Of a DNA stretch of 64,000 bases, positions 49,901 to 60,588 are shown piece by piece (position 1 is the stretch's first letter; each line of letters starts with the position of its first letter). The position numbers and the translations under genes are program-made. The notes under the pieces were generated by a model. It ran no database searches and was not told where the DNA came from. It was given only the letters and a program-made list of their open reading frames with translations. The stretch comes from Macrostomum lignano (taxonomy: Eukaryota): positions 1 through 64,000 of the forward strand of contig NIVC01000276.1 of assembly GCA_002269645.1 (NCBI GenBank), read 5' to 3'.

Positions 49901-52900
49901 CCTAGGGCTGTTTACGCTGGTTGGTGCCAGACGTGCACTGTAGGAACAATATTCTTACTCCGCGCGCTGGGCGAAGGGTTTTTATTTTTAGCATTAAAAA
50001 CTAGACCGCATTATCGTTTTCTCCATACTTTGCATATTTTGTGCCTCCAGTAATTTCTAACCTCGACCGCTAAGTAAGTTTGGGTGGCCCTGAGAAGGGC
50101 CGTTTTAGTTTCCAGTCATTCCTTTTAATATACAACAGTTATTTTATTATACGAGTAATTACAACAAAAAATCCGAAATTGCATTCCAATATGTATAATA
50201 TTAAAAAACAATTTATTAAATAACCTATTCTGCCAAAAAACATATCAATTCCAATATATAATCTGTCAGTCTGCATATAGCCTACAAATACAGCTTATGC
50301 CGGTACTATGTTTACACATTTTTCACAAAATATTGCACTACAGCTGTCACCATAGTTGTGTTGAACTGCAATCGTATAGGCAATGTTTAGTAAAGTGAAA
50401 AATACTAGGACCTGACAATATACTTACTGCTATCACAACAATCAAAACAACTTATTAAACCATTAATTTCCAACAAGCCATCAACTAAAGAAATGCTTGC
50501 AAGTTCTATTATAAGAGCAAAATAGCATTCCACTCAGTGATCTAGGTCAATTAGTAGAGTAGTCCAAGCTCACAACTGGCTGATACAGTCAGGCAACAAA
50601 CTGATAAATCGAAGCTTTTGTTGTTACTAAGCAATAACATTCAATACCTGATTATTACAATACTGTGAAACGTAATTAAACACTCAAAACGTATTGAAGG
50701 TTTGAATACGGCTACATATTCTTGACTCAATAAGGAAGTCGAATAGCAGAGATTAAAAAAATATGGTTGCACGCATATGGCGAGCCGGCAGACAGAAAAG
50801 CAGCTTTCAACATTTTTTTCGTGATTCATGAGAGCCAAGTCCTTCTACTACAGTGATCCTTGCCAGATGTGTCACTGTAGTGAGCAATCAGATATGTCGC
50901 TGAAGTGAGCAACCAGATATGTCACTGAAGTGAGCAACCAGATGTGTCGCTGAAGTGAACAACCAGATGTGTCGCTGAAGTGAACAACCAGTTGTCACTG
51001 AAGTGAGCAACCAGATGTGTCACTGAAGTGAGCAACCAGATGTGTCACTGAAGTGAGCAACCAGATATGTCGCTGAAGTGAGCAACCAGATGTGTCACTG
51101 AAGTGAGCAACCAGATGTGTCACTGTAGTGAGCAACCAGTGTGTCACTGAAGTGAGCAACCAGATGTGTCACTGAAGTGAGCAACCAGATTTGTCACTGA
51201 AGTGAGCAACCAGATGTGTCACTGAAGTGAGCAACCAGATGTGTCACTGAAGTGAGCAACCAGATATGTCGCTGAAGTGAGCAACCAGATGTGTCACTGA
51301 AGTGAGCAACCAGATGTGTCACTGAAGTGAGCAACCAGATGTGTCACTGAAGTGAGCAATCAGATATGTCGCTGAAGTGAGCAACCAGATATGTCACTGA
51401 AGTGAGCAACCAGATGTGTCGCTGAAGTGAACAACCAGATGTGTCGCTGAAGTGAACAACCAGTTGTCACTGAAGTGAGCAACCAGATGTGTCACTGAAG
51501 TGAGCAACCAGATGTGTCACTGAAGTGAGCAACCAGATATGTCGCTGAAGTGAGCAACCAGATGTGTCACTGAAGTGAGCAACCAGATGTGTCACTGTAG
51601 TGAGCAACCAGTGTGTCACTGAAGTGAGCAACCAGATGTGTCACTGAAGTGAGCAACCAGATTTGTCACTGAAGTGAGCAACCAGATGTGTCACTGAAGT
51701 GAGCAACCAGTGTGTCACTGAAGTGAGCAACCAGATGTGTCACTGAAGTGAGCAACCAGATGTGTCACTGTAGTGAGCAACCAGATATGTCGCTGAAGTG
51801 AGCAACCAGATGTGTCGCTGAAGTGAACAACCAGATGTGTCACTGTAGTGAGCAACCAGATATGTCGCTGAAGTGAGCAACCAGATATGTCACTGAAGTG
51901 AGCAACCAGATGTGTCGCTGAAGTGAACAACCAGATGTGTCGCTGAAGTGAACAACCAGTTGTCACTGAAGTGAGCAACCAGATGTGTCACTGAAGTGAG
52001 CAACCAGATGTGTCACTGAAGTGAGCAACCAGATATGTCGCTGAAGTGAGCAACCAGATGTGTCACTGAAGTGAGCAACCAGATGTGTCGCTGAAGTGAA
52101 CAACCAGTTGTCACTGAAGTGAGCAACCAGATGTGTCGCTGAAGTGAACAACCAGTTGTCACTGAAGTGAGCAACCAGATGTGTCACTGAAGTGAGCAAC
52201 CAGATATGTCGCTGAAGTGAGCAACCAGATGTGTCACTGAAGTGAGCAACCAGATGTGTCACTGTAGTGAGCAACCAGATATGTCGCTGAAGTGAGCAAC
52301 TAGATGTGTCACTGAAGTGAGCAACCAGATGTGTCACTGAAGTGAGCAACCAGTGTGTCACTGAAGTGAGCAACTAGATGTGTCACTGAAGTGAGCAACC
52401 AGATGTTTCACTGTAGTGAGCAACCAGATGTGTCGCTGAAGTGAACAACCAGATGTGTCACTGAAGTGAGCAACCAGATGTGTCACTGAAGTGAGCAACC
52501 AGATGTGTCGCTGAAGTGAACAACCAGATGTGTCACTGAAGTGAGCAACCAGATGTGTCACTGAAGTGAGCAACCAGATGTGTCACTGAAGTGAGCAACC
52601 AGATGTGTCGCTGAAGTGAGCAACCAGATGTGTCACTGAAGTGAGCAACCAGATGTGTCACTGAAGTGAGCAACCAGATGTGTCACTGTAGTGAGCAACC
52701 AGATGTGTCGCTGAAGTGAGCAACCAGATGTGTCACTGAAGTGAGCAACCAGATGTGTCACTGAAGTGAGCAACCAGATGTGTCGCTGAAGTGAGCAACC
52801 AGATGTGTCACTGAAGTGAGCAACCAGATGTGTCGCTGAAGTGAACAACCAGATATGTCGCTGAAGTGAGCAACCAGATATGTCGCTGAAGTGAGCAACC

Positions 52901-55900
52901 AGATTTGTCACTGAAGTGAGCAACCAGATATGTCGCTGAAGTGAGCAACCAGATATGTCGCTGAAGTGAGCAACCAGATTTGTCACTGAAGTGAGCAACC
53001 AGATATGTCGCTGAAGTGAGCAACCAGATGTGTCACTGAAGTGAGTAACCAGATGTGTCACTGAAGTGAGCAACCAGATGTGTCACTGAAGTGAGCAACC
53101 AGATGTGTCACTGAAGTGAGCAACCAGATGTGTCGCTGAAGTGAGCAACCAGATGTGTCACTGAAGTGAGCAACCAGATGTGTCGCTGAAGTGAACAACC
53201 AGATATGTCGCTGAAGTGAGCAACCAGATATGTCGCTGAAGTGAGCAACCAGATTTGTCACTGAAGTGAGCAACCAGATATGTCGCTGAAGTGAGCAACC
53301 AGATATGTCGCTGAAGTGAGCAACCAGATTTGTCACTGAAGTGAGCAACCAGATATGTCGCTGAAGTGAGCAACCAGATGTGTCACTGAAGTGAGCAACC
53401 AGATGTGTCACTGAAGTGAGCAACCAGATGTGTCACTGAAGTGAGCAACCAGATGTGTCACTGAAGTGAGCAACCAGATGTGTCGCTGAAGTGAGCAACC
53501 AGATGTGTCACTGAAGTGAGCAACCAGATGTGTCACTGAAGTGAGCAACCAGATGTGTCGCTGAAGTGAGCAACCAGATGTGTCACTGAAGTGAGCAACC
53601 AGATGTGTCGCTGAAGTGAGCAACCAGCTGAGCTGCCCAACTTTTGCACCGCCCGCAGCGCATGGAGGCGATGCTGTGCGAGTTCCAGTCGGACCTGGGC
53701 AACATGAGCCAGGAGATCCAGCAGCTGCAGCAGGAATCCGTTCGCATGAATGTCAAGCTGAAAAATCGCCAAGCTGTCCGCGGCGAACTCAGCCAGTTTG
53801 TCGACGAGATGGTGGTGCCGGAGCAGATGATCAGCCACATCCTGGATACGCCAGTCACGGAGCGTCAGTTCCTTGAGCAGCTGCACGAGCTCAATCACAA
53901 GATCAACTTCGTCAAGGAGCAATCTTACAAGGAGGCCCGCTCCTGCGCCGATGTCCGCGACATCCTGGAGAAGCTCAAGCTGAAGGCCATCTCCAAGATT
54001 CGCGACTTTCTAATGCAGAAAATTTACAGCTTTAGAAAGCCAATGACTAATTACCAGAATGCTCAGAACACCATGCTCAAGTACAGGTGAGCGAGTACTA
54101 TTAATCTATCTGCCACTGTGCTCATCTATCTGCCACTGTGCTCATCTATCTGCCACTGTGCTCATCTATCTGCCACTATTCTAATCTATCTGCCTCTGTG
54201 CTCATCTGCCTGCCACTGTGCTCATCTATATGCCACTGTGCTCATCTATCTGCCTCTGTGCTCATCTGCCTGCCACTGTGCTCATCTATCTGCCACTGTG
54301 CTCATCTATCTACCACTGTGCCCATCTATAGCTGCCACTGTGCTCATCTATCTGCCACTGTGCCCATCTATAGCTGCCACTGTGCTCATCTATCTGCCAC
54401 TATGCTCATCTGCCTGCCACTGTGCTCCTCTACAGCTGCCACTGTGCTCATCTATCTACCACTGTGCCCATCTATAGCTGCCACTGTGCTCATTTATCTG
54501 CCACTGCTTATTTATCTGCCACTATGCTCATGTATCTGCCACTGTGCTCATCTATCTGCCACTATGCTCATGTATCTGCCACTGTGCTCATCTATCTGCC
54601 ACTATGCTCATGTATCTGCCACTGTGCTCATCTATCTGCCACTATGCTCATGTATCTGCCACTGTGCTCATCTATCTGCCACTGTGCTCATCTATCTGCC
54701 ACTGTGCTCATCTATCTGCCACTATGCTCATCTATCTGCCACTGTGCTCATCTATCTGCCACTATGCTCATCTATCTGCCACTATGCTCATCTATCTGGC
54801 TGATCAGTTTATCAAACTGCAGGTCATTCTATCAATTTGCTGATCAACCGGTCAAAACTATCAGTACATATAATATCCCGCATATTTCGAGCGGATTTCA
54901 CAAAAATGTCTGTCAAACTACTGAATCCAAATTCTCTGACAGATTCTTCAACGAATTTCTCATCAACAACGAGCGCCACGTAGCGAAGGAGGTCAGCGAC
55001 GAATACCTGGACACCACCAGCAAGATGTACTACTCCTACTTCAAGGAGTACCAGAGCCGTCTCATGAAGCTGCAGTTCAACATCCTGGCCGACCGAGATG
55101 ACGTCATGGGCATGGAGGAGCCGACACGGCGCAGCCTGTTCAGCTCCAGGCAGACTCTGCGCAACAAAGCCACCGTCTTCTCACTGGGCAGCCGAGGTGC
55201 CGTTGTGGGCGCCGATCTGGAGGCGCCGATTATTATTCCGCATGCGGCGCAGGTGTGACACTTATTTATAGCCTGCTCATCTATCTGCCAATTCGCTCAT
55301 GTATCTGCCATTCTGCTCATCTCTCTGCTAATCTGCTCATCTATCTGCCAATTCGCTCATGTATCTGCCATTCTGCTCATCTCTCTGCTAATCTGCTCAT
55401 CTATCTGCCAATTCGCTCATGTATCTGCCATTCTGCTCATCTCTCTGCTAATCTGCTCATCTATCTGCCAATTCGCTCATGTATCTGCCATTCTGCTCAT
55501 CTCTCTGCTAATCTGCTCATCTATCTGCCAATTTGCTCATGTATCTGCCATTCTGCTCATCTCTCTGCTAATCAGCTCATCTATCTGCCAATTCGCTCAT
55601 GTATCTGCCATTCTGCTCATCTATCTGCTAATCTGCTCATCTATCTGCCAATCTGCTTATCTATCTGCCATTCTGCTCATCTATCTGCTAATCTGCTCAT
55701 CTATCTGCCAATCTGCTTATCTATCTGCCATTCTGCTCATCTATCTGCCAATCTGCTCATCTATCTGCCAATTCGCTCATGTATCTGCCATTCTGCTCAT
55801 CTCTCTGCTAATCTGCTCATCTATCTGCCAATTCGCTCATGTATCTGCCATTCTGCTCATCTCTCTGCTAATCTGCTCATCTATCTGCCAATCTGCTCAT

Positions 55901-58900
55901 CTATCTGCCATTCTGCTCATCTCTCTGCTAATCTGCTCATCTATCTGCCAATTCGCTCATGTATCTGCCATTCTGCTCATCTATCTGCTAATCTGCTCAT
56001 CTATCTGCCAATCTGCTTATCTATCTGCCATTCTGCTCATCTATCTGCTAATCTGCTCATCTATCTGCCAATCTGCTTATCTATCTGCCATTCTGCTCAT
56101 CTATCTGCTAATCTGCTCATCTATCTGCCAATTCGCTCATGTATCTGCCATTCTGCTCATCTCTCTGCTAATCTGCTCATCTATCTGCCAATTCGCTCAT
56201 GTATCTGCCATACTGCTCATCTATCTGCTAATCTGCTCATCTATCTGCCAATCTGCTTATCTATCTGCCATTCTGCTCATCTATCTGCCAATCTGCTCAT
56301 CTATCTGCCAATTCGCTCATGTATCTGCCATTCTGCTCATCTCTCCGCTAATCTGCTCATCTATCTGCCAATTCGCTTATGTATCTGCCATTCTGCTCAT
56401 CTCTCTGCTAATCTGCTCATCTATCTGCCAATCTGCTCATCTATCTGCCAATTCGCTCATGTATCTGCCATTCTGCTCATCTCTCTGCTAATCTGCTCAT
56501 CTATCTGCCAATCTGCTTATCTAGCTGCCATTCTACTCATCTATCTGCCAATCTGCTCATCTATCTGCCAATTCGCTCATGTATCTGCCATTCTGCTCAT
56601 CTCTCTGCTAATCTGCTCATCTATCTGCCAAGTCACTCATCTATCTGCCAAGTCACTCATCTATCTGCCAATCTGCTCATCTATCTGCCAATTCGCTCAT
56701 GTATCTGCCACTCTGCTAATCTGCTCATCTATCTGCCAAGTCACTCATCTATCTGCCAAGTCACTCATCTATCTGCCAAGCTGCTCATTTATCCGCCGAT
56801 CTGCTAATCTAGCTGTCATTCTACTCATCTATCTGCCAATTAGCTCATGTATCTACCATTCTGCTTATCTATCTGCCAAGTCACTCATCTATCTGCCAAT
56901 CTGCTTATCTATCTGCCAATCTGCTAATTTATTTGCCATTCTATTCATCTATTTGGCAATTTGCTCATCTATCTGCCAATCTGCCTATTCGGTTATCGAT
57001 CTCTGCCAATCTGCACATCCATCTGCTTATATATTGGTCAATTATTTCATCCACCTTGCCAATATGCTGATAATAGACTTTAATCTGCTGATCAATCTAT
57101 CAAATTCTAGCAAGCGATCTCATGTTTTCGTTTCTACTCTCTTACCTATAAGGTATATTAATCGGCGCATGGTCAAAATGAGCAACTGTTACCCCATCTA
57201 TTCTACTTGAAGTAGACTACCGCGCACCGCTATCTCTTTCGCAGGCCTCAGACCAGAAGTTCACATTTGAGTCGCTGTTTCGCTCGCTGCACTACGCCCT
57301 GCTAGACAACAGCTGTCGCGAGTACCTCTTCCTCTGCGACTTCTTTGTGCTGTCCGGCAACCAGGCGCTCAACATGTTCAACCTGGTCATGGGCAAGACC
57401 CTCAGCCTGTTTCACAAGGCCCTGGAGGCCTACTTCTCCGACTGTCACGACGCTATCGCTCTGTACCTGTGCATCCAGGTGGTGGCCAAGTTCAAAGCCA
57501 TCATGCACCGGCGGCAGGTGCCCGCGCTGGACAGGTGGGCTGCAATCATGTCTCGATTGATTTTGTGAACCCAGAATGACCTCTTTTAAGCTCTGGAGTG
57601 ACCTCATGCATAGTGAGCCCTACACAACCCGGCGAGAGGCATTACTGCCCATTCCGCAAGAGTGTACAGCGGCCCTATAACTTTATTTATCGTTAGGCAT
57701 GTACACTTCACTGTGCCTTGGGAGTTGGCCCTCAAGGCCATTAATTGCACTAGCAGAGCCAAGCCGAGATTCCAATTTAGCTCCAAATTGATTTGACTGC
57801 ATGTAGAATCGAGCCTGGGCCGCTGGCACTTCAGAGCGCCGCGCCAGACCACCGGGCTACGGCCGCCCTTAGTGAATCCTGAATGAGCCTTTCAAGCATA
57901 TACCACCTCCACTCCTGCCCAGCTACTGGACTCTGATGTCGGACCTGATATGGCCCAGGTTCACCCAGCTGGTGCAGAGCCACACCCTCAGCGTGGCCCG
58001 CAGTGATCCGTCCAAGTTCAGCCACCTGGACACCCGGCCGCACCCCGTGCTGCGCCGCTACGCAGAATTCATCTGCGCCCTGCTCAGCGTCACCGACCTG
58101 GGCAGCGGAGCCACCGGCGCTGCCCCCGCCGCCGCCTCCGCAGCCGCCCCCGCCGCCGCTCCACCTGTCCTGGCCAGCGGCGAGGAGGCCTCCCGGCTTC
58201 GACCGCTGCTCGGCGAACTACGCGACGCTGTCGACGCCTTCCTGCAGCGTCTGGCCAGGGAGTTCCCGCACTCGCGGGAGCGCCTGATCTGCCTGATCAA
58301 CAACTACGACATCCCCCTGACCGTGCTGTCCGAGGCCCTGCCGGACGAGGCCGCCCTGGCCGGCTGGCTCGGCTTCCGCGAGCCGCTGGCCCGTCGGGTG
58401 GCCGAGTTCGTTGAGGAGCTGCTCTGCCAGGAGTTCGGCCTGCTCGTCAACTTCGTCCGCGACGCCGAGAGCGGCCTGGAGCGCGGCGTAACCGGCCACC
58501 TGGCCGACGAGGCCCGCGTAGCTCAGGTGGTGCGCGACTTCAACGCCAACTGGAAGGCGAACAGCGAGCGGATGAACCAGCAGATCATGGCGTCCTTCAC
58601 CAACCTCAGGAACTTCACCGAGGTCTTCCAGGTAAGCGTTTGTTGAAGTTAAGAACAAATCTACCCTTGTCCAGTGTGTGAATCAGCAAAGAAACAACTA
58701 CTGTTGTTTTGGTGCGTCACGTGTAGAAAGAAGTTACTTCTGGTGCTCTAAAGTATTCGCCCTCCAATGTCCTTCCGCTTTCTGCCAGCCATGTGCCGGA
58801 CCTCCAACTTAGGCACCCCTGCATCTCAAAGGGGGGGCAGCAGTTTTATCAGCTCTAAATTTCACATGCTAGTCAGTTTTGAGCCTATGAAGTTTCCAGC

Positions 58901-59367
58901 TTATGGAGTTTCGACTTTCTGATGTCTCGAGCTTGTGAAGTTTTGAGCTTGAGAAGTTTCGAGCTTGAGAAGTTTCGAGCTTGAAATGTTTCGAGCTTGA
59001 GAAGTTTCGAGCTTGTGAAGTTTCGAGCTTGAAATGTTTCGAGCTTGAGAAGTTTCGAGCTTAATAAAGCTCACTTTCTTCGACAATTTGAAAATTTTGC
59101 GCCCGTGAAATCGACCCCTTTCGAAATGTTTAGTTGGGGCGCTGGGAAATTGTTGTAATAAATCCGCAGCCTAACACGGCTGATCTCATCTCTCCCCCCC
59201 CCCCAACTCGCTGTTGCCAGACCGCACTCAGCCAGCTGGTGCAGTACTACACCCGCCTTGGCAAGCTCATGGCCCAGCCTCCGTTCCGGTCCATGGCCTG
59301 CCGTAACGAGCTCATCAACATTCACAACATCATGGTGGAGGTGAAGAAGCTGAAACCGACTTTCTAG
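43934..59367 (+). CDS. VPS52: VPS52 (GARP/EARP complex subunit), 706 aa; exons 43934-43973, 44070-44122, 44645-44720, 45431-45498, 53659-54086, 54943-55252, 57245-57534, 57923-58631, 59221-59367
   Basis: HIEENLADDEVRQALQS|GVDLRDYSRQVE..|YLGQAVNIARLHRQIKDCDSVLE|RMEAML..IYSFRKPMTNYQ..|FESLFRSLHYALLDNSCREYLF..|DTRPHPVLRRYAEF..LINNYD..|ELINIHNIMVEVKKLKPTF*, colinear with known VPS52. All introns are GT-AG with matching phases; total 2121 nt. Exon 1 (MEATADQFPERVL) rests on phase fit only. Confidence 0.97.
44146..44612. repeat. 34-bp minisatellite (~13 copies) filling VPS52 intron 2
   Basis: Unit GATCCCATGGGATCTGACTCTGAGCACTGCCTGA. Confidence 0.97.
46244..46710. repeat. 25-bp minisatellite, left arm (~19 copies), VPS52 intron 4
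   Basis: Unit GTCACTG(A/T)AGTGAGCAACCAGATGT; ends exactly at the P-element left TIR. Confidence 0.98.
46711..50862 (-). mobile_element. P-element-superfamily (THAP9-like) DNA transposon, 4152 bp, decayed, with TIRs, 8-bp TSD and an intron
   Basis: ~50-bp TIRs: catggaccactgtagtagaaagactcggcactcacgaatcacgg versus revcomp caaggatcactgtagtagaaggacttggctctcatgaatcacga. TSD ccagatgc/ccagatgt (46703-46710, 50863-50870). Transposase motifs FLVRQLHL..VRYN..AGYRTIRE, KFDQVYVQ, PLFLLFDTVHILKDIRKN, LLG|ELQSDRLEDEFG and FYIAGYIS. GT-AG intron at 47526-47450. Confidence 0.92.
50863..53627. repeat. 25-bp minisatellite, right arm (~110 copies), VPS52 intron 4
   Basis: Same unit as 46244-46710; ends 31 nt before the splice acceptor at 53658. 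Confidence 0.98.
54104..54797. repeat. 20-bp minisatellite in VPS52 intron 5
   Basis: Unit CTATCTGCCACT(G/A)TGCTCAT. Confidence 0.97.
55273..57030. repeat. 20-bp minisatellite with 60-bp higher-order unit in VPS52 intron 6
   Basis: Trimer atctgctcatctatctgcca / attcgctcatgtatctgcca / ttctgctcatctctctgcta repeats with the 60-nt line period; it degenerates toward 57030. Confidence 0.97.
57655..57875 (+). repeat. Dispersed repeat family, copy 2 (VPS52 intron 7)
   Basis: Aligns by eye to 34205-34425. Confidence 0.85.
58905..59062. repeat. 16-bp tandem repeat in VPS52 intron 8
   Basis: Unit gaagtttcgagcttga, about 9 copies. Confidence 0.93.
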
Positions 59368-59671
59368 TCTGATTGTGCCTGACTGGACTGCTGTGTTTTT
59401 GTTATTGTTCTCAATTTGATTCATGACTCCAGCGCATTCCGCATCTCTGGTTAGCCTCATTAATATATATAGCCATATGAAATATGAGATTGAAAATTAT
59501 GATTTTATTTAAATATTTTGCACCGATTTTTGAGCTGATCATTTTCTGGTGTACTGGGTTCCACCGGTTCAATGTATACGGGTTCAATAATGCTTTTAAC
59601 TGGCGCGGTGCACGGACCTCTGAATAACTCTGGACTGAAAAAAGAGCTGCAGCGTCGATCCGAAAATCTTA

Positions 59672-60219
59672 CCGGGGACTCCCAGATTCTTGGACTGGAG
59701 ACAGTTCTGTGTCTATTCGGGGACTCTTATCGAGGACTTCCAGGTTCTTGGACTGGAAACAGTCCTGTGCCCATCCTGAAAATCTTACAGGGACTTCCAG
59801 ATTCTTGGACTGGAAACAGTCCTGTGTCTATCCGGGGACTCTTATCGAGGACTCCCAGATTCTTGGACTGGAAACAGTCCTGTGTCTATCCGGGGACTCT
59901 TATCGAGGACTCCCAGATTCTTGGACTGAAAACAGTCCTGTGCCTATCCGGGGACTCTTATCGAGGACTCCCAGATTCTTGGACTGGAAACAGTTCTGTG
60001 TCTATCCGGGGACTCTTATCGAGGACTCCCAGATTCTTGGACTGGAAACAGTACTGTGTCTATCCGGGGACTCTTATCGAGGACTCCCAGATTCTTGGAC
60101 TAGAAACAGTCCTATGTCTATCCGGGGACTCTTATCGAGGACTCCCAGATTCTTGGACTAGAAACAGTCCTATGTCTATCCGGGGACTCTTATCGAGGAC
60201 TCCCAGATTCTCGGACTGG
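59672..60219. repeat. 58-bp tandem repeat (~9 copies) between the convergent VPS52 and SPATA4 3' ends
   Basis: Unit ggggactcttatcgaggactcccagattcttggactggaaacagtcctgtgtctatcc (period 59834 to 59892). Confidence 0.96.
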
Positions 60220-60588
60220 AACCGAACTCGCGGCCACCCAGAGACCTCATAACTGAGGACTCGCGATGAGTATAAGAGTGCACACGCTGCCTTGCAGGGG
60301 TTAGTGTTGAACGCAACAAAAGGAAACGATTCCATGTGTAGTGTAAAAGAGTGAATCCTATTTCGGTTGCGGTTTCTAAAGTTTATTTCGAGTATTTGAA
60401 GTCATAATTCTATTCACACAAAAGCAACACGACAATCTGTGGCATCAGGGTTACAACTTACAGATAGGCTTTGTAGCAAAATAAGATTTAAATTTTGAGT
60501 CATAAGCTTTGTCAAAGAGAGTTTAGGACATGTCTCTGTTGGTACATAGCCTGCATGTTAATAAAGAGTAACTTAGCGAATCTCTAGG

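Noticed and set aside
50863-57210. Repetitive ORFs (e.g. 55255-57210, 651 aa; 54138-54803; many minus-strand 71-146 aa)
   Set aside because: They are translations of 20-bp and 25-bp tandem repeats lying in VPS52 introns.
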